Assembly: GCA_963775955.1 (NCBI GenBank)
Contig: CAVZKT010000002.1
Location: 228,944 to 292,943, forward strand
DNA length: 64,000 bases
Direction: 5' to 3'
Origin: Candidatus Moraniibacteriota bacterium
GTDB taxonomy: Bacteria > Patescibacteriota > Minisyncoccia > Moranbacterales > UBA2206
Shown here: positions 48,208-56,518 of the stretch, in pieces
Position numbering within the stretch: position 1 is the stretch's first letter
Layout: the number at the start of each line of letters is the position of its first letter
Translations under genes and position numbers: made by a program
Notes under the pieces: generated by a model
Told to the model about the DNA's origin: nothing
What the model saw: only the letters and a program-made list of their open reading frames with translations
The model's database searches: none

Positions 48208-48984
48208 ATGGAAAAGGACAATATTTATGTTTCGCTTGATGAAGCGCGGGAAGAAATAAAAAAAAGGTGGAATGATGTTGAATTGAGAAAGAAGGTTGAA
48301 GCGGAATTGGGAAACAAGTTCATGCCGAGTTTTAAAAATGAACCAAGGGGTGTGACTTTTCGGCAGCTTTGTTCGCCAGACAATGGATTTACTTTTTTTT
48401 ACCAATGTGTAAAATATATTGGGTTAGAACCGCTGATTATGGAATATCATGATGATATATTCACGCACCTCAATGAAGATAAAAAGGGATTGGGTCGGTT
48501 GCGTGTAATACTAGAAGATGGTACAGCGGCTATGGTTGATATTATAGACTTTCATGCAAATGAAAAAAAGAAATTAAGTGGGTGTGTCCTGAAAACTGGT
48601 GAAAAATTAATCAATTTTCATCACGATCTTATTAAAATGCTAAAATATCCTGTTGATTCATTAGAAAATTCAAAATGGTTTAAAGAGATTGGCAAAGCAT
48701 CAGATTATTACTACTATTTGTTACTCCATTTTATTGCCCATGGAGTGTTATGTGAACTTTTTTTTGATGTTGATGAGAGTAATATTGATTTTGCTAACAA
48801 TATCATACTTCCATCAATTGAAAAAATTTATAATAAATTTGGGCTTAAGCCATTAATTATAAGGCAATATCCGCAAAATCAAAGCGAAGCAGAGGATTTT
48901 TATTGGTGGTGTTATCCTCCCAATATAAATAAATTTATTATTAATTTTGCAAAAAATAATAAAATAGATTTTAAAAAAATTTAA
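48208..48984 (+). CDS. Conserved hypothetical protein, paralogue of 34766-35554; apparently leaderless
   Basis: MEKDNIYVSLDEAREEIKKRWNDVELRKKVEAELG. The ATG lies 6 nt after the TGTGCTATAAT -10 element. Confidence 0.6.
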   Translation: MEKDNIYVSLDEAREEIKKRWNDVELRKKVEAELGNKFMPSFKNEPRGVTFRQLCSPDNGFTFFYQCVKYIGLEPLIMEYHDDIFTHLNEDKKGLGRLRVILEDGTAAMVDIIDFHANEKKKLSGCVLKTGEKLINFHHDLIKMLKYPVDSLENSKWFKEIGKASDYYYYLLLHFIAHGVLCELFFDVDESNIDFANNIILPSIEKIYNKFGLKPLIIRQYPQNQSEAEDFYWWCYPPNINKFIINFAKNNKIDFKKI

Positions 48985-48999
48985 ACCTAGTTTAATAGT

Positions 49000-49395
49000 A
49001 TGTTGTTGGTAGAAACAAAATTATACAATAGTAGCTCACATGGAATTGGTTGTTTTGCTAATGAATTTATTAAAAAAGGAACAAAGATTTGGGAGTTTAA
49101 TCCCGAAATTGATTTAAGGTATACCGAAAAAGATCTAGAAAGATATCCTGAGACTTATGCCAAAATTGTTCGCTTCTATGGCTTTACAGAGAAGGATGGT
49201 AATCAAAAGTATTATGTTTTTTGCGGAGATCACGCTCGACATATAAACCATTCCGATAAGCCAAATTTATTGCCTGATTATAATAATAATTGTGATTATG
49301 CCGCAAGGGATATTGAAATAGGAGATGAGCTTACGGCAAATTATTATGAGTACTATGATGATCCAGATGAAGGTTTGCACAGAAGTATGGATTAA
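49000..49395 (+). CDS. SET-domain protein (putative lysine methyltransferase)
   Basis: HGIGCFANEFIKKGTKI, INHSDKPN (NHSxxPN) and GDELTANY (ELxxxY). Confidence 0.7.
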   Translation: MLLVETKLYNSSSHGIGCFANEFIKKGTKIWEFNPEIDLRYTEKDLERYPETYAKIVRFYGFTEKDGNQKYYVFCGDHARHINHSDKPNLLPDYNNNCDYAARDIEIGDELTANYYEYYDDPDEGLHRSMD

Positions 49396-49442
49396 GGATA
49401 TGATACGCATCATCTGCCTTTAATTTTTTAATTAAAAAATAA

Positions 49443-51164
49443 ATGGATAGCAGTTTTAATTTTATTACTAACATCGAGAGTTGCTATGTGGATATTCCTA
49501 ATTTGCTGTATTATTCTCATCTTCCAGCAATAATCATTTCCTTGCTTTTTAGTTTTTTCGTTTATTTTAAAAATAAGACACTATTATCAGCTAAGCTATT
49601 GCTTTTAGTGTCCTTGCTTTTTTCAGCTTGGTCAACTTTTGATATAATAACTTGGGTATATACCGATAGTAGGATTATAATGTTTTTTTGGGCGTTAATG
49701 AATATTGTTGATTCGCTCATGTTCGTTTCTCTGCTATATTTCTCTTATTTTTTTATTGAGAAAAAAGATGCTTCTATTGCTTGGAAAATTTTTGTCATGT
49801 TGCTTTTGTCGCCAGTGATTATTTTAATTTCATCAAAGTTTAATTTAACAAAATTCAATATTACTGATTGTGAGGCGACACAAGGAGGATTATTAAGTTA
49901 CATATATTTCCTTGACATTCTATTTTCTTTTTGGATTATAGTTTTTTTGATTAAGAGCTATATAAAAGCGGAAAAAGAATTTAAAAGGCAAATTATTTAT
50001 TTGTTTTTAGGAGTGACTTTGTTCCTTTTTGCTTTTTTTTGGGTTAATACTATTACGAGCATAACGAAGAATTGGGAAATGGGTCAATATGGACTCTTTG
50101 GCATGACATTTTTTATGGGCATGCTGGCTTTCTTGATCGTCAAATTCAAGGCTTTTGATATTAAACTCATTGGGACGCAGGCGTTGGTGGTGGCGATGGT
50201 GATTTTAATCGGCTCCATGTTTTTCTTTGTCCAGGGGACAACCGCGGTAATTCTCACTGCCGTGACGCTGTTTCTGACGCTGGTTGCCGGCTGGGCGCTC
50301 GTGAAATCAGTGAAATTGGAAGTTTTGCGGAAAGAAGAATTGCAGTTGATGTCCGACAAGCTGGCCAATGCCAATGATCAGTTGCGGAAATTGGATAACG
50401 CCAAATCGGAATTTATTTCCATCGCTTCGCATCAGTTGCGCACACCCCTCACCGCCATCAAAGGCTTTGTGTCTTTGCTTTTGGAAGGTTCATACGGAAA
50501 GCTGGATCCCAAACAGGAAGACGTGCTGAATAAAGTCTATTTGAGCAATGACCGGCTGGTGAATCTGGTGGAAGATCTTTTGAACATTTCCCGCATTGAA
50601 TCAGGACGTATGGAATTCAAATTTGAATTGCGGCAAGCAGAAGACATCTGCCAGGAAGTGATAGACACTTTTGTCATCAGGGCCAGGGAGCACGGGCTGT
50701 TGCTGGAATATAAAAAACCGGCGGAACTTTTGCCGAAAATTATGGTTGACGGCGCCAAAGTCCGGGAGGTTATTTCCAATATGATGGATAACGCGATCAA
50801 ATATACGCCGAAAGGCGGAGTTACGCTTAAAGTTGAAAAAGTATTAGGTGATACGCAGAGTATTCCAAGCCCGGAAGGCTCAATCAGGATTACAGTTTCC
50901 GACACCGGCATCGGCATTCCGGAAACCGAACTGCCCTATCTTTTCGCCAAGTTTTCGCGCGGGAAAGATATTAAGCGCTTGAGCGCCGGCGGCACGGGCC
51001 TGGGCCTGTATGTCGGGCGCAATATGATTGAAGCCAGCGGCGGCAAAATCTGGGCCGAATCGGGAGGACAGGACAAAGGCTCGCGCTTCATCATTGAACT
51101 CCCCATCGGCGAAAACAAAGCCGAGGTGGAAAAACGGCTGGAGAAGTTTATTGAGAAGATATAG
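49443..51164 (+). CDS. Sensor histidine kinase with a multi-TM N-terminal domain
   Basis: About 7-8 TM helices, then the HisKA H-box (FISIASHQLRTPLT) and HATPase N, G1 and G2 boxes (DNAIKYT, DTGIGI, GGTGLGL). Confidence 0.85.
   Translation: MDSSFNFITNIESCYVDIPNLLYYSHLPAIIISLLFSFFVYFKNKTLLSAKLLLLVSLLFSAWSTFDIITWVYTDSRIIMFFWALMNIVDSLMFVSLLYFSYFFIEKKDASIAWKIFVMLLLSPVIILISSKFNLTKFNITDCEATQGGLLSYIYFLDILFSFWIIVFLIKSYIKAEKEFKRQIIYLFLGVTLFLFAFFWVNTITSITKNWEMGQYGLFGMTFFMGMLAFLIVKFKAFDIKLIGTQALVVAMVILIGSMFFFVQGTTAVILTAVTLFLTLVAGWALVKSVKLEVLRKEELQLMSDKLANANDQLRKLDNAKSEFISIASHQLRTPLTAIKGFVSLLLEGSYGKLDPKQEDVLNKVYLSNDRLVNLVEDLLNISRIESGRMEFKFELRQAEDICQEVIDTFVIRAREHGLLLEYKKPAELLPKIMVDGAKVREVISNMMDNAIKYTPKGGVTLKVEKVLGDTQSIPSPEGSIRITVSDTGIGIPETELPYLFAKFSRGKDIKRLSAGGTGLGLYVGRNMIEASGGKIWAESGGQDKGSRFIIELPIGENKAEVEKRLEKFIEKI
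51105..51164. repeat. 60-bp direct repeat, copy 1 (3' end of the kinase gene)
   Basis: ATCGGCGAAAACAAAGCCGAGGTGGAAAAACGGCTGGAGAAGTTTATTGAGAAGATATAG. 56/60 identical to 52971-53030. Confidence 0.9.
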
Positions 51165-51177
51165 AAAGTTATAATTT

Positions 51178-51993
51178 ATGAATTTTGAAAAAAAAGATTT
51201 TGAGCAAAAGGGATTAATAATAGATAAGGATAGGGCTTTAGTTTATTCACAACTGAGTTGCCCCCTGGATTGCAAGTATTGTTTTGTTGAAGATCTGAAT
51301 TTCAATCAAAAGAAAAATGTCTCATATATATCTGAAGAGCAGTTTGAATTAATTGAAAAACTTCCTGAAGAAATTTCTATAATTATGCTGGGTTGTGATA
51401 CTGAATTTTTTCAATCAAGAAAAAACTCTTTGGAAATTTTGGAAAGATTGTCAAAGCTCAATAAGGATATATCTGTAATAACGAAACTGTCATTATCGAA
51501 AGACTTTATTGAAAAGATAAAAGAAATTGACAAAAAATTAAATTACCACAATAACTTCCTGTCCTTCTCGATATCTTTGTCGTCCTTGGACACAGCTGAA
51601 AAGTGGGAACCAAAAGCTCCAAGCCCGGGCAAAAGGATTGAAACACTAAAAATAGCATATGAGTCAAATTTGAAAACTTTAGTTGCCTTACGGCCATTAT
51701 TACCGTCAGCATCGGGGGAAGAGATAGAGAGAATAGTAGCTATGACTGAAAAATATTGTTATGGTTATTATTCTGGCCCACTTTATCTTAAAAAATTAGA
51801 ATTGCCGGGGAATGAAGATATAACTGGCTTAAAAACAGAAAAACTGCAGCCACACTGGATGCCAGAAGGCAACATTTTTTATAAAATAGAAAAAGAAGGC
51901 CAGATGGATTTGCTAAGACAAGTTTTGGCAAAATATAAAAAGCCTTTATTTAGCGGAGCTGCTGAGGGAATGGAATATTTAAAAAGATTATGA
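51178..51993 (+). CDS. Radical SAM protein, SplB/DNA-repair-photolyase-like (COG1533-type)
   Basis: CPLDCKYC (CxxxCxxC) near the N-terminus. EPKAPSPGKRIETLKIAYESNLKTLVALRPLLP matches the family's C-terminal block. Confidence 0.65.
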   Translation: MNFEKKDFEQKGLIIDKDRALVYSQLSCPLDCKYCFVEDLNFNQKKNVSYISEEQFELIEKLPEEISIIMLGCDTEFFQSRKNSLEILERLSKLNKDISVITKLSLSKDFIEKIKEIDKKLNYHNNFLSFSISLSSLDTAEKWEPKAPSPGKRIETLKIAYESNLKTLVALRPLLPSASGEEIERIVAMTEKYCYGYYSGPLYLKKLELPGNEDITGLKTEKLQPHWMPEGNIFYKIEKEGQMDLLRQVLAKYKKPLFSGAAEGMEYLKRL

Positions 51994-52502
51994 AAAATAT
52001 TGAATTAAAAATAATTCTAGAAAATTTTTCAAACATTGTTCAGATTTTGAAGAAGAGCGGAGCACAATTCAAAGGTAAACTTCTGCAGGTTGATACCTAC
52101 TATAATTGCAAAAATGGGCGATTAAAATTTCGAGAGATTAATAATAAGCAGTTTGAGCTTATATTTTACCAACGTCCAAATAAAACAAATTCAAAAATAT
52201 CGGATTACCAAATACTTAATTTTAATAAAAATCAGGCCAGAGGTATTGAAAATATTCTAAAAAAATCTTTAGGAGAAAAAGTCGTAATAAAAAAAGAGAG
52301 AAATCTATGGATCTATAAGAATACAAGAATACATCTGGATATTGTTGAAAAGTTGGGACATTTTTTGGAATTGGAAACTGTAGTTCAAGGGAATAATTTA
52401 AAAAATGCCAGGAAAGAGCATGCGGAAATAATAAATTTGTTAAAAATCGGCAGATTAAAAAAAATAAGCGTTTCATACAGTGATTTATTATTAGTTAAAT
52501 AG
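51990..52502 (+). CDS. CYTH-domain protein (class IV adenylate cyclase / triphosphate tunnel metalloenzyme)
   Basis: N-terminal IELKI (ExExK-type), then RLKFREI, RIHLDIVEKLGHFLELE. Four-base overlap with the upstream gene. Confidence 0.7.
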   Translation: MKNIELKIILENFSNIVQILKKSGAQFKGKLLQVDTYYNCKNGRLKFREINNKQFELIFYQRPNKTNSKISDYQILNFNKNQARGIENILKKSLGEKVVIKKERNLWIYKNTRIHLDIVEKLGHFLELETVVQGNNLKNARKEHAEIINLLKIGRLKKISVSYSDLLLVK

Positions 52503-52503
52503 T

Positions 52504-52965
52504 ATGAGAGCAAAAGAAAAACACTTTGTCGCATCCGGATTGATTATTAATGAGAAAAAGGAGGTATTATTGATTAATCACAAGAAATTGGGGGTATGGT
52601 TGTATCCAGGCGGGCATATAAGCAAAAACGAAACTCCCGAGCAGGCACTTATCAGGGAAGTAAAAGAAGAGACAGGCTTAGATGTTGAAACATTGGGCGA
52701 TAAGGATGAAAGTTTGGGCGATAAAAAGAATGATGTTTTCCCTCTGCGCAGTCCATATATTATTTTATGTGAAAAGATAAATGAGAAAAAAGAGCATTAT
52801 CACATTGATCTTATTTATTTTTGTAAAATTATAGGAAACAATAAAGACAATTTGCAATATAACCTAAAAGAGGTTCAGGGCATCGGATTTTTTAGCAAAA
52901 ATAATTTAAAAAATATCAATCCTTTTCCAAATTTTAGAAAGTTATTAGAAAAAGTTCTTGAATGA
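52504..52965 (+). CDS. NUDIX hydrolase
   Basis: Nudix box GGHISKNETPEQALIREVKEETGL (GX5EX7REUXEEXGU). Confidence 0.85.
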   Translation: MRAKEKHFVASGLIINEKKEVLLINHKKLGVWLYPGGHISKNETPEQALIREVKEETGLDVETLGDKDESLGDKKNDVFPLRSPYIILCEKINEKKEHYHIDLIYFCKIIGNNKDNLQYNLKEVQGIGFFSKNNLKNINPFPNFRKLLEKVLE

Positions 52966-52970
52966 TAACG

Positions 52971-53030
52971 ATCGGTAAAAACCAAGCCGAGGTGGAAAAA
53001 CGGCTGGAGAAGTTTATTGAGAAAATATAG
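52971..53030. repeat. 60-bp direct repeat, copy 2
   Basis: ATCGGTAAAAACCAAGCCGAGGTGGAAAAACGGCTGGAGAAGTTTATTGAGAAAATATAG. Would encode IGKNQAEVEKRLEKFIEKI*. Confidence 0.9.
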
Positions 53031-53071
53031 TCCGTGGGAATTTTAAATTTTAAATTTCAAATTATAACATT

Positions 53072-53761
53072 ATGATTTCGGCTATTTTGCATTTGATTTT
53101 AGCTTTAATTGCGTTTACGGGAGGCGTAGCCGTATTTTATCTCTGGAAAAAACAAAAATTTGGCAAAGAAACTTTGATAAAAAATTTTATCAGCCTTTTT
53201 GCCTGCCTAGTCCTGTATCATTTATCTTTGGCTTTTTCGTATTTTTTATCTTCCGGCAATCTCTTTTTTATGGCCTGGGGCTACATAATCGCGATTACCT
53301 GCCTGTTTTTGCTGGTGTTTTTTGTGTTTAGAATACTATCTTATTTTTCCGGTTATTCCATGCGGCTGTCTCTTGCTTGTGAAATTTTTATTTTATCCGC
53401 AGCCGCGTTGGTTTTTTTCATTCAAGTATATGATTTTCGCCTGCCAAGCATTCTTCCTTCAAATTTTATCGTATGGAACGGCAGTGTTTCAGCGACTATC
53501 ATAATGGTAATCGTGCTTTTAACAGTAACATTAAATTTTATCGCTACGTTCGTAAAGAATCTGAACAAGGCGGATATTTTTATTGAAAAATTAAAGATTT
53601 ATCTTTTAATATCCGGCACTTTATTTATGAATCTCTCATTGATATACTTTTTCGCCAATACTTTTTTTCTGGTGATACTGGCCTTCATTTTGCACTTTTT
53701 GGGAATTATGCTTTTTTCCGCCGCTTTTCTGGCGTACCGCATAGTCCGGGTAAGAATATAA
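53072..53761 (+). CDS. Polytopic membrane protein, unknown function
   Basis: 229 aa with about 7 hydrophobic helices. Confidence 0.55.
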   Translation: MISAILHLILALIAFTGGVAVFYLWKKQKFGKETLIKNFISLFACLVLYHLSLAFSYFLSSGNLFFMAWGYIIAITCLFLLVFFVFRILSYFSGYSMRLSLACEIFILSAAALVFFIQVYDFRLPSILPSNFIVWNGSVSATIIMVIVLLTVTLNFIATFVKNLNKADIFIEKLKIYLLISGTLFMNLSLIYFFANTFFLVILAFILHFLGIMLFSAAFLAYRIVRVRI

Positions 53762-53866
53762 CTTTCGGAGTTATGGGTTACAAGTCGCGGGTTATGCGTT
53801 ACGGGACTGGGGCGGCAACGCCTTTTTTGCTTGCTAAATAAAGTTTTTTGTATTAGAATTGGGAAT

Positions 53867-54319
53867 ATGACCGACTGTATTTTTTGCAAAATTGCCAGAG
53901 GGGAGTTGCCTGCCCACAAGGTTTGGGAGGACAAAAAGCACCTGGCTTTTCTTTCCATTTTTCCCAATACAGAAGGCTTTTCAGTGGTAATGCCCAAAAA
54001 GCATTACGGGAGTTACGCCTTTGACGCGACGGATAAAGTTTTGGCGGATCTAGTCGCGGCTTCCCGAAAAGTCGGAAAGTTGTTAGATCAGAAACTAAAA
54101 GATGTAGGGCGCACGGGGATGATTTTTGAAGGCTACGGCGTGGACCATCTGCACTCCAAACTTTTTCCCATGCACGGCACTAGGGCCAAAAATTGGCAGC
54201 CACGCGCGTCCAAAGTCAATAAATATTTTGAAAAATACGCAGGCTATATTTCTTCGCATGACTACAAACGCACCGATGACGGCAAACTCGCCAAATTGGC
54301 GAAAAAAATCAAGAAGTAG
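53867..54319 (+). CDS. HIT-family protein with a non-canonical triad
   Basis: MTDCIFCKIARGELPAHKVWEDKKHLAFL is the HIT N-terminus. The triad region reads VDHLHSKLFP, with the third His replaced. Confidence 0.65.
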   Translation: MTDCIFCKIARGELPAHKVWEDKKHLAFLSIFPNTEGFSVVMPKKHYGSYAFDATDKVLADLVAASRKVGKLLDQKLKDVGRTGMIFEGYGVDHLHSKLFPMHGTRAKNWQPRASKVNKYFEKYAGYISSHDYKRTDDGKLAKLAKKIKK

Positions 54320-54392
54320 GGCTAGTATTATTCCGGGTTTATAGCCCGGTTTTTCATTTGGCAAAAAGCCGTATTTATAATACACTAAGAGT

Positions 54393-54740
54393 ATGAAAAT
54401 AGTCACGAATAGCGAGAAAATAACCCTGAAAGAATTGGGCGAAATGGCCCAGAAGATATTTGGCAACCTGGTTAAGGGGGTAGTTGACATTGAAAAAGAA
54501 ATAATGGCGGTTGACGCGGATTTGCACGCGGATGAAGAGGCGCTTCTTTTGGAAAAAGGCTCCGAGCAGAAGAATCTGTGGGGAATTAATTTTTACCCAG
54601 AAATGAAAGGTGATGATTTTGTGGAATTTGATTCTATGATTAATTTGCGCCCTTCACAGGATAATCGCAGCCGTAGCGTAGAGAATGCCGAAATTCGGGA
54701 AAAAATAATAAAAATAGCGGATAAATTAATTATAAAATGA
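54393..54740 (+). CDS. DUF5674-family protein
   Basis: Pattern KELGEMAQKIFGNLVKGVVDIEKEIMAVDADLHADEE...NLWGINFYPE recalled from this family. Confidence 0.5.
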   Translation: MKIVTNSEKITLKELGEMAQKIFGNLVKGVVDIEKEIMAVDADLHADEEALLLEKGSEQKNLWGINFYPEMKGDDFVEFDSMINLRPSQDNRSRSVENAEIREKIIKIADKLIIK

Positions 54741-55069
54741 ACATCCAGCATAAAAATTTAGCTGATGGGCGCTGGAATGAACTTTCTTTTTTCGAGCAGA
54801 TGGCCAATGTGGGCAGCGAAGTGGAGCGCACAATTAATTGGAAGAAAAAAGGAAATGCGGAATACAGCCAGATGGCGCTGGAAAGAGCACTGGAACTGCT
54901 GGATTTTTCCAGAGCTGACCAAAAAAACAGAAAACGTCTGAAAGAAGTTTCCCGAGTAAGAGAAGCGATTGTCGATCATTTTTTTGGAAAGAATGAATAT
55001 GCATCTTCTGATGAATCTTGGCAGAAATATTTTTACGCTTTCAATTACGCGGCGAGGGCAGCGCACTAA
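54737..55069 (+). CDS. Hypothetical helical protein
   Basis: 110-aa ORF. Four-base overlap with the upstream gene. Confidence 0.5.
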   Translation: MNIQHKNLADGRWNELSFFEQMANVGSEVERTINWKKKGNAEYSQMALERALELLDFSRADQKNRKRLKEVSRVREAIVDHFFGKNEYASSDESWQKYFYAFNYAARAAH

Positions 55070-55095
55070 AATCATAAATCATTTATTTATTTTTT

Positions 55096-56355
55096 ATGTT
55101 ACAGTCTAAGCTATTCACTAAAACCCAAAAAGAAGCGCCTAAGGACGAGGCGAGTATCAACGCCCAGCTCTTAATAAGAGCCGGCTTTGTTGATAAATTA
55201 ATGGCGGGAGTTTACACCTTTTTACCGTTAGGACTGCGCGTGATGAAAAAGATTGAAAATATCATCCGCGAGGAAATGAACGCCATCGGCGGGCAGGAAA
55301 TTTTTATGCCCGCGCTCCAGCCCAAAGAAAACTGGCTGAAAACCGGACGCTGGGACGCGATGGATGATCTGTATAAAGTAAAGGACGCCAGCGGCAAAGA
55401 ATTCGCCCTGGGGCCGACCCACGAAGAAATCGTGGTGCCTTTGGCGCAAAAATATGTCAATTCTTACCGCGATTTTCCGTTTTACGTTTATCAGTTCCAG
55501 AATAAATTTCGCATGGAACTACGGGCGAAATCAGGACTTTTGCGCGGGCGGGAGTTTATGATGAAGGATTTGTATTCCTTCCACTTAAGCGAAGAAGATT
55601 TCAGCGCATATTATGAAAAAGCGGCCAAGGCCTATGAAAAAATTTTTCAAAGAATAGGGATTGGCGAAAAGACTTATAAAACTTTCGCGTCGGGTGGATC
55701 CTTTTCCAAATATTCCCACGAATACCAGACCGTGACTCCGGCCGGCGAGGATCTCATTCACATTTGCAACCAATGCGGGCTGGCGATTAACGACGAAATC
55801 AAAAGTGAAACCGAAGCATGCCCGAGTTGCAAAGGCGCGGATTTTCGCAAGGAAAAAGCTATTGAGGTTGGGAATATTTTTAATTTAAAAAATAAATTCA
55901 CCAAGCCGTTTGATTTCAAGATAAAAGATGAAAAAGGCGGGGAAAAAGAAGTGATTATGGGTTGCTATGGCCTGGGGCTTAGCCGGCTTATGGGAACAAT
56001 CGTGGAAGTTTTTCATGACGAGAAAGGCATTCTTTGGCCGGAAGCCGTAGCGCCGTTTAAAGCGCATTTGATTAGTCTGGGAAAAAATAGCGAGGCGGAA
56101 AAGATTTACGCGGATTTGCAGAAAAAAAATATTGAAGTGCTTTTTGACGACCGCGATGTAAGCGCCGGAGAAAAATTTGCTGACGCGGATCTGATCGGCA
56201 TTCCGTATCGCGTAGTCGTGAGTGAAAAATCACTGGCCGGCGGCGGACCCGCCAGCAACGCTTCGCGTAGCGATACGGGTTGGGTGGAAGTCAAAAAAAG
56301 AAGCGAAAAAGAGGGAAAGATTGTTGAAATATTGAAACTCTCAAAGATGCTATAA
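55096..56355 (+). CDS. proS: Proline--tRNA ligase, short form lacking the INS editing domain
   Basis: Class II motifs: FMPALQP, FRMELRAKSGLLRGREFMMKD (motif 2) and GCYGLGLSRLMG (motif 3). Only about 60 aa separate motifs 2 and 3, including CNQC...CPSC. Anticodon-binding domain at the C-terminus. Confidence 0.9.
   Translation: MLQSKLFTKTQKEAPKDEASINAQLLIRAGFVDKLMAGVYTFLPLGLRVMKKIENIIREEMNAIGGQEIFMPALQPKENWLKTGRWDAMDDLYKVKDASGKEFALGPTHEEIVVPLAQKYVNSYRDFPFYVYQFQNKFRMELRAKSGLLRGREFMMKDLYSFHLSEEDFSAYYEKAAKAYEKIFQRIGIGEKTYKTFASGGSFSKYSHEYQTVTPAGEDLIHICNQCGLAINDEIKSETEACPSCKGADFRKEKAIEVGNIFNLKNKFTKPFDFKIKDEKGGEKEVIMGCYGLGLSRLMGTIVEVFHDEKGILWPEAVAPFKAHLISLGKNSEAEKIYADLQKKNIEVLFDDRDVSAGEKFADADLIGIPYRVVVSEKSLAGGGPASNASRSDTGWVEVKKRSEKEGKIVEILKLSKML
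56248..56283. repeat. GC-rich hairpin element, copy C, in frame inside proS
   Basis: CCCGCCAGCAACGCTTCGCGTAGCGATACGGGTTGG encodes PASNASRSDTGW. 29/36 identical to intergenic copy A (28486-28521). Confidence 0.7.
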
Positions 56356-56362
56356 AAGTTTC

Positions 56363-56504
56363 AAAAAGAATCGCAAAAATATTTTCTTTGGGGGCTTTTG
56401 TTAAAGTTAAGGTTATTTTAATTTAACTTTGCGGCTTTATTTAAAATTTTTAGACTAATTATTTACATCTGACCCCTGAAAGAAAAATTTTTGCGATTCT
56501 TTTT
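56363..56504. repeat. 18-bp perfect inverted repeat with a 106-nt spacer (proS-ispH intergenic)
   Basis: AAAAAGAATCGCAAAAAT (56363-56380) and ATTTTTGCGATTCTTTTT (56487-56504). Confidence 0.8.
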
Positions 56505-56518
56505 TACTAAACAATAAA

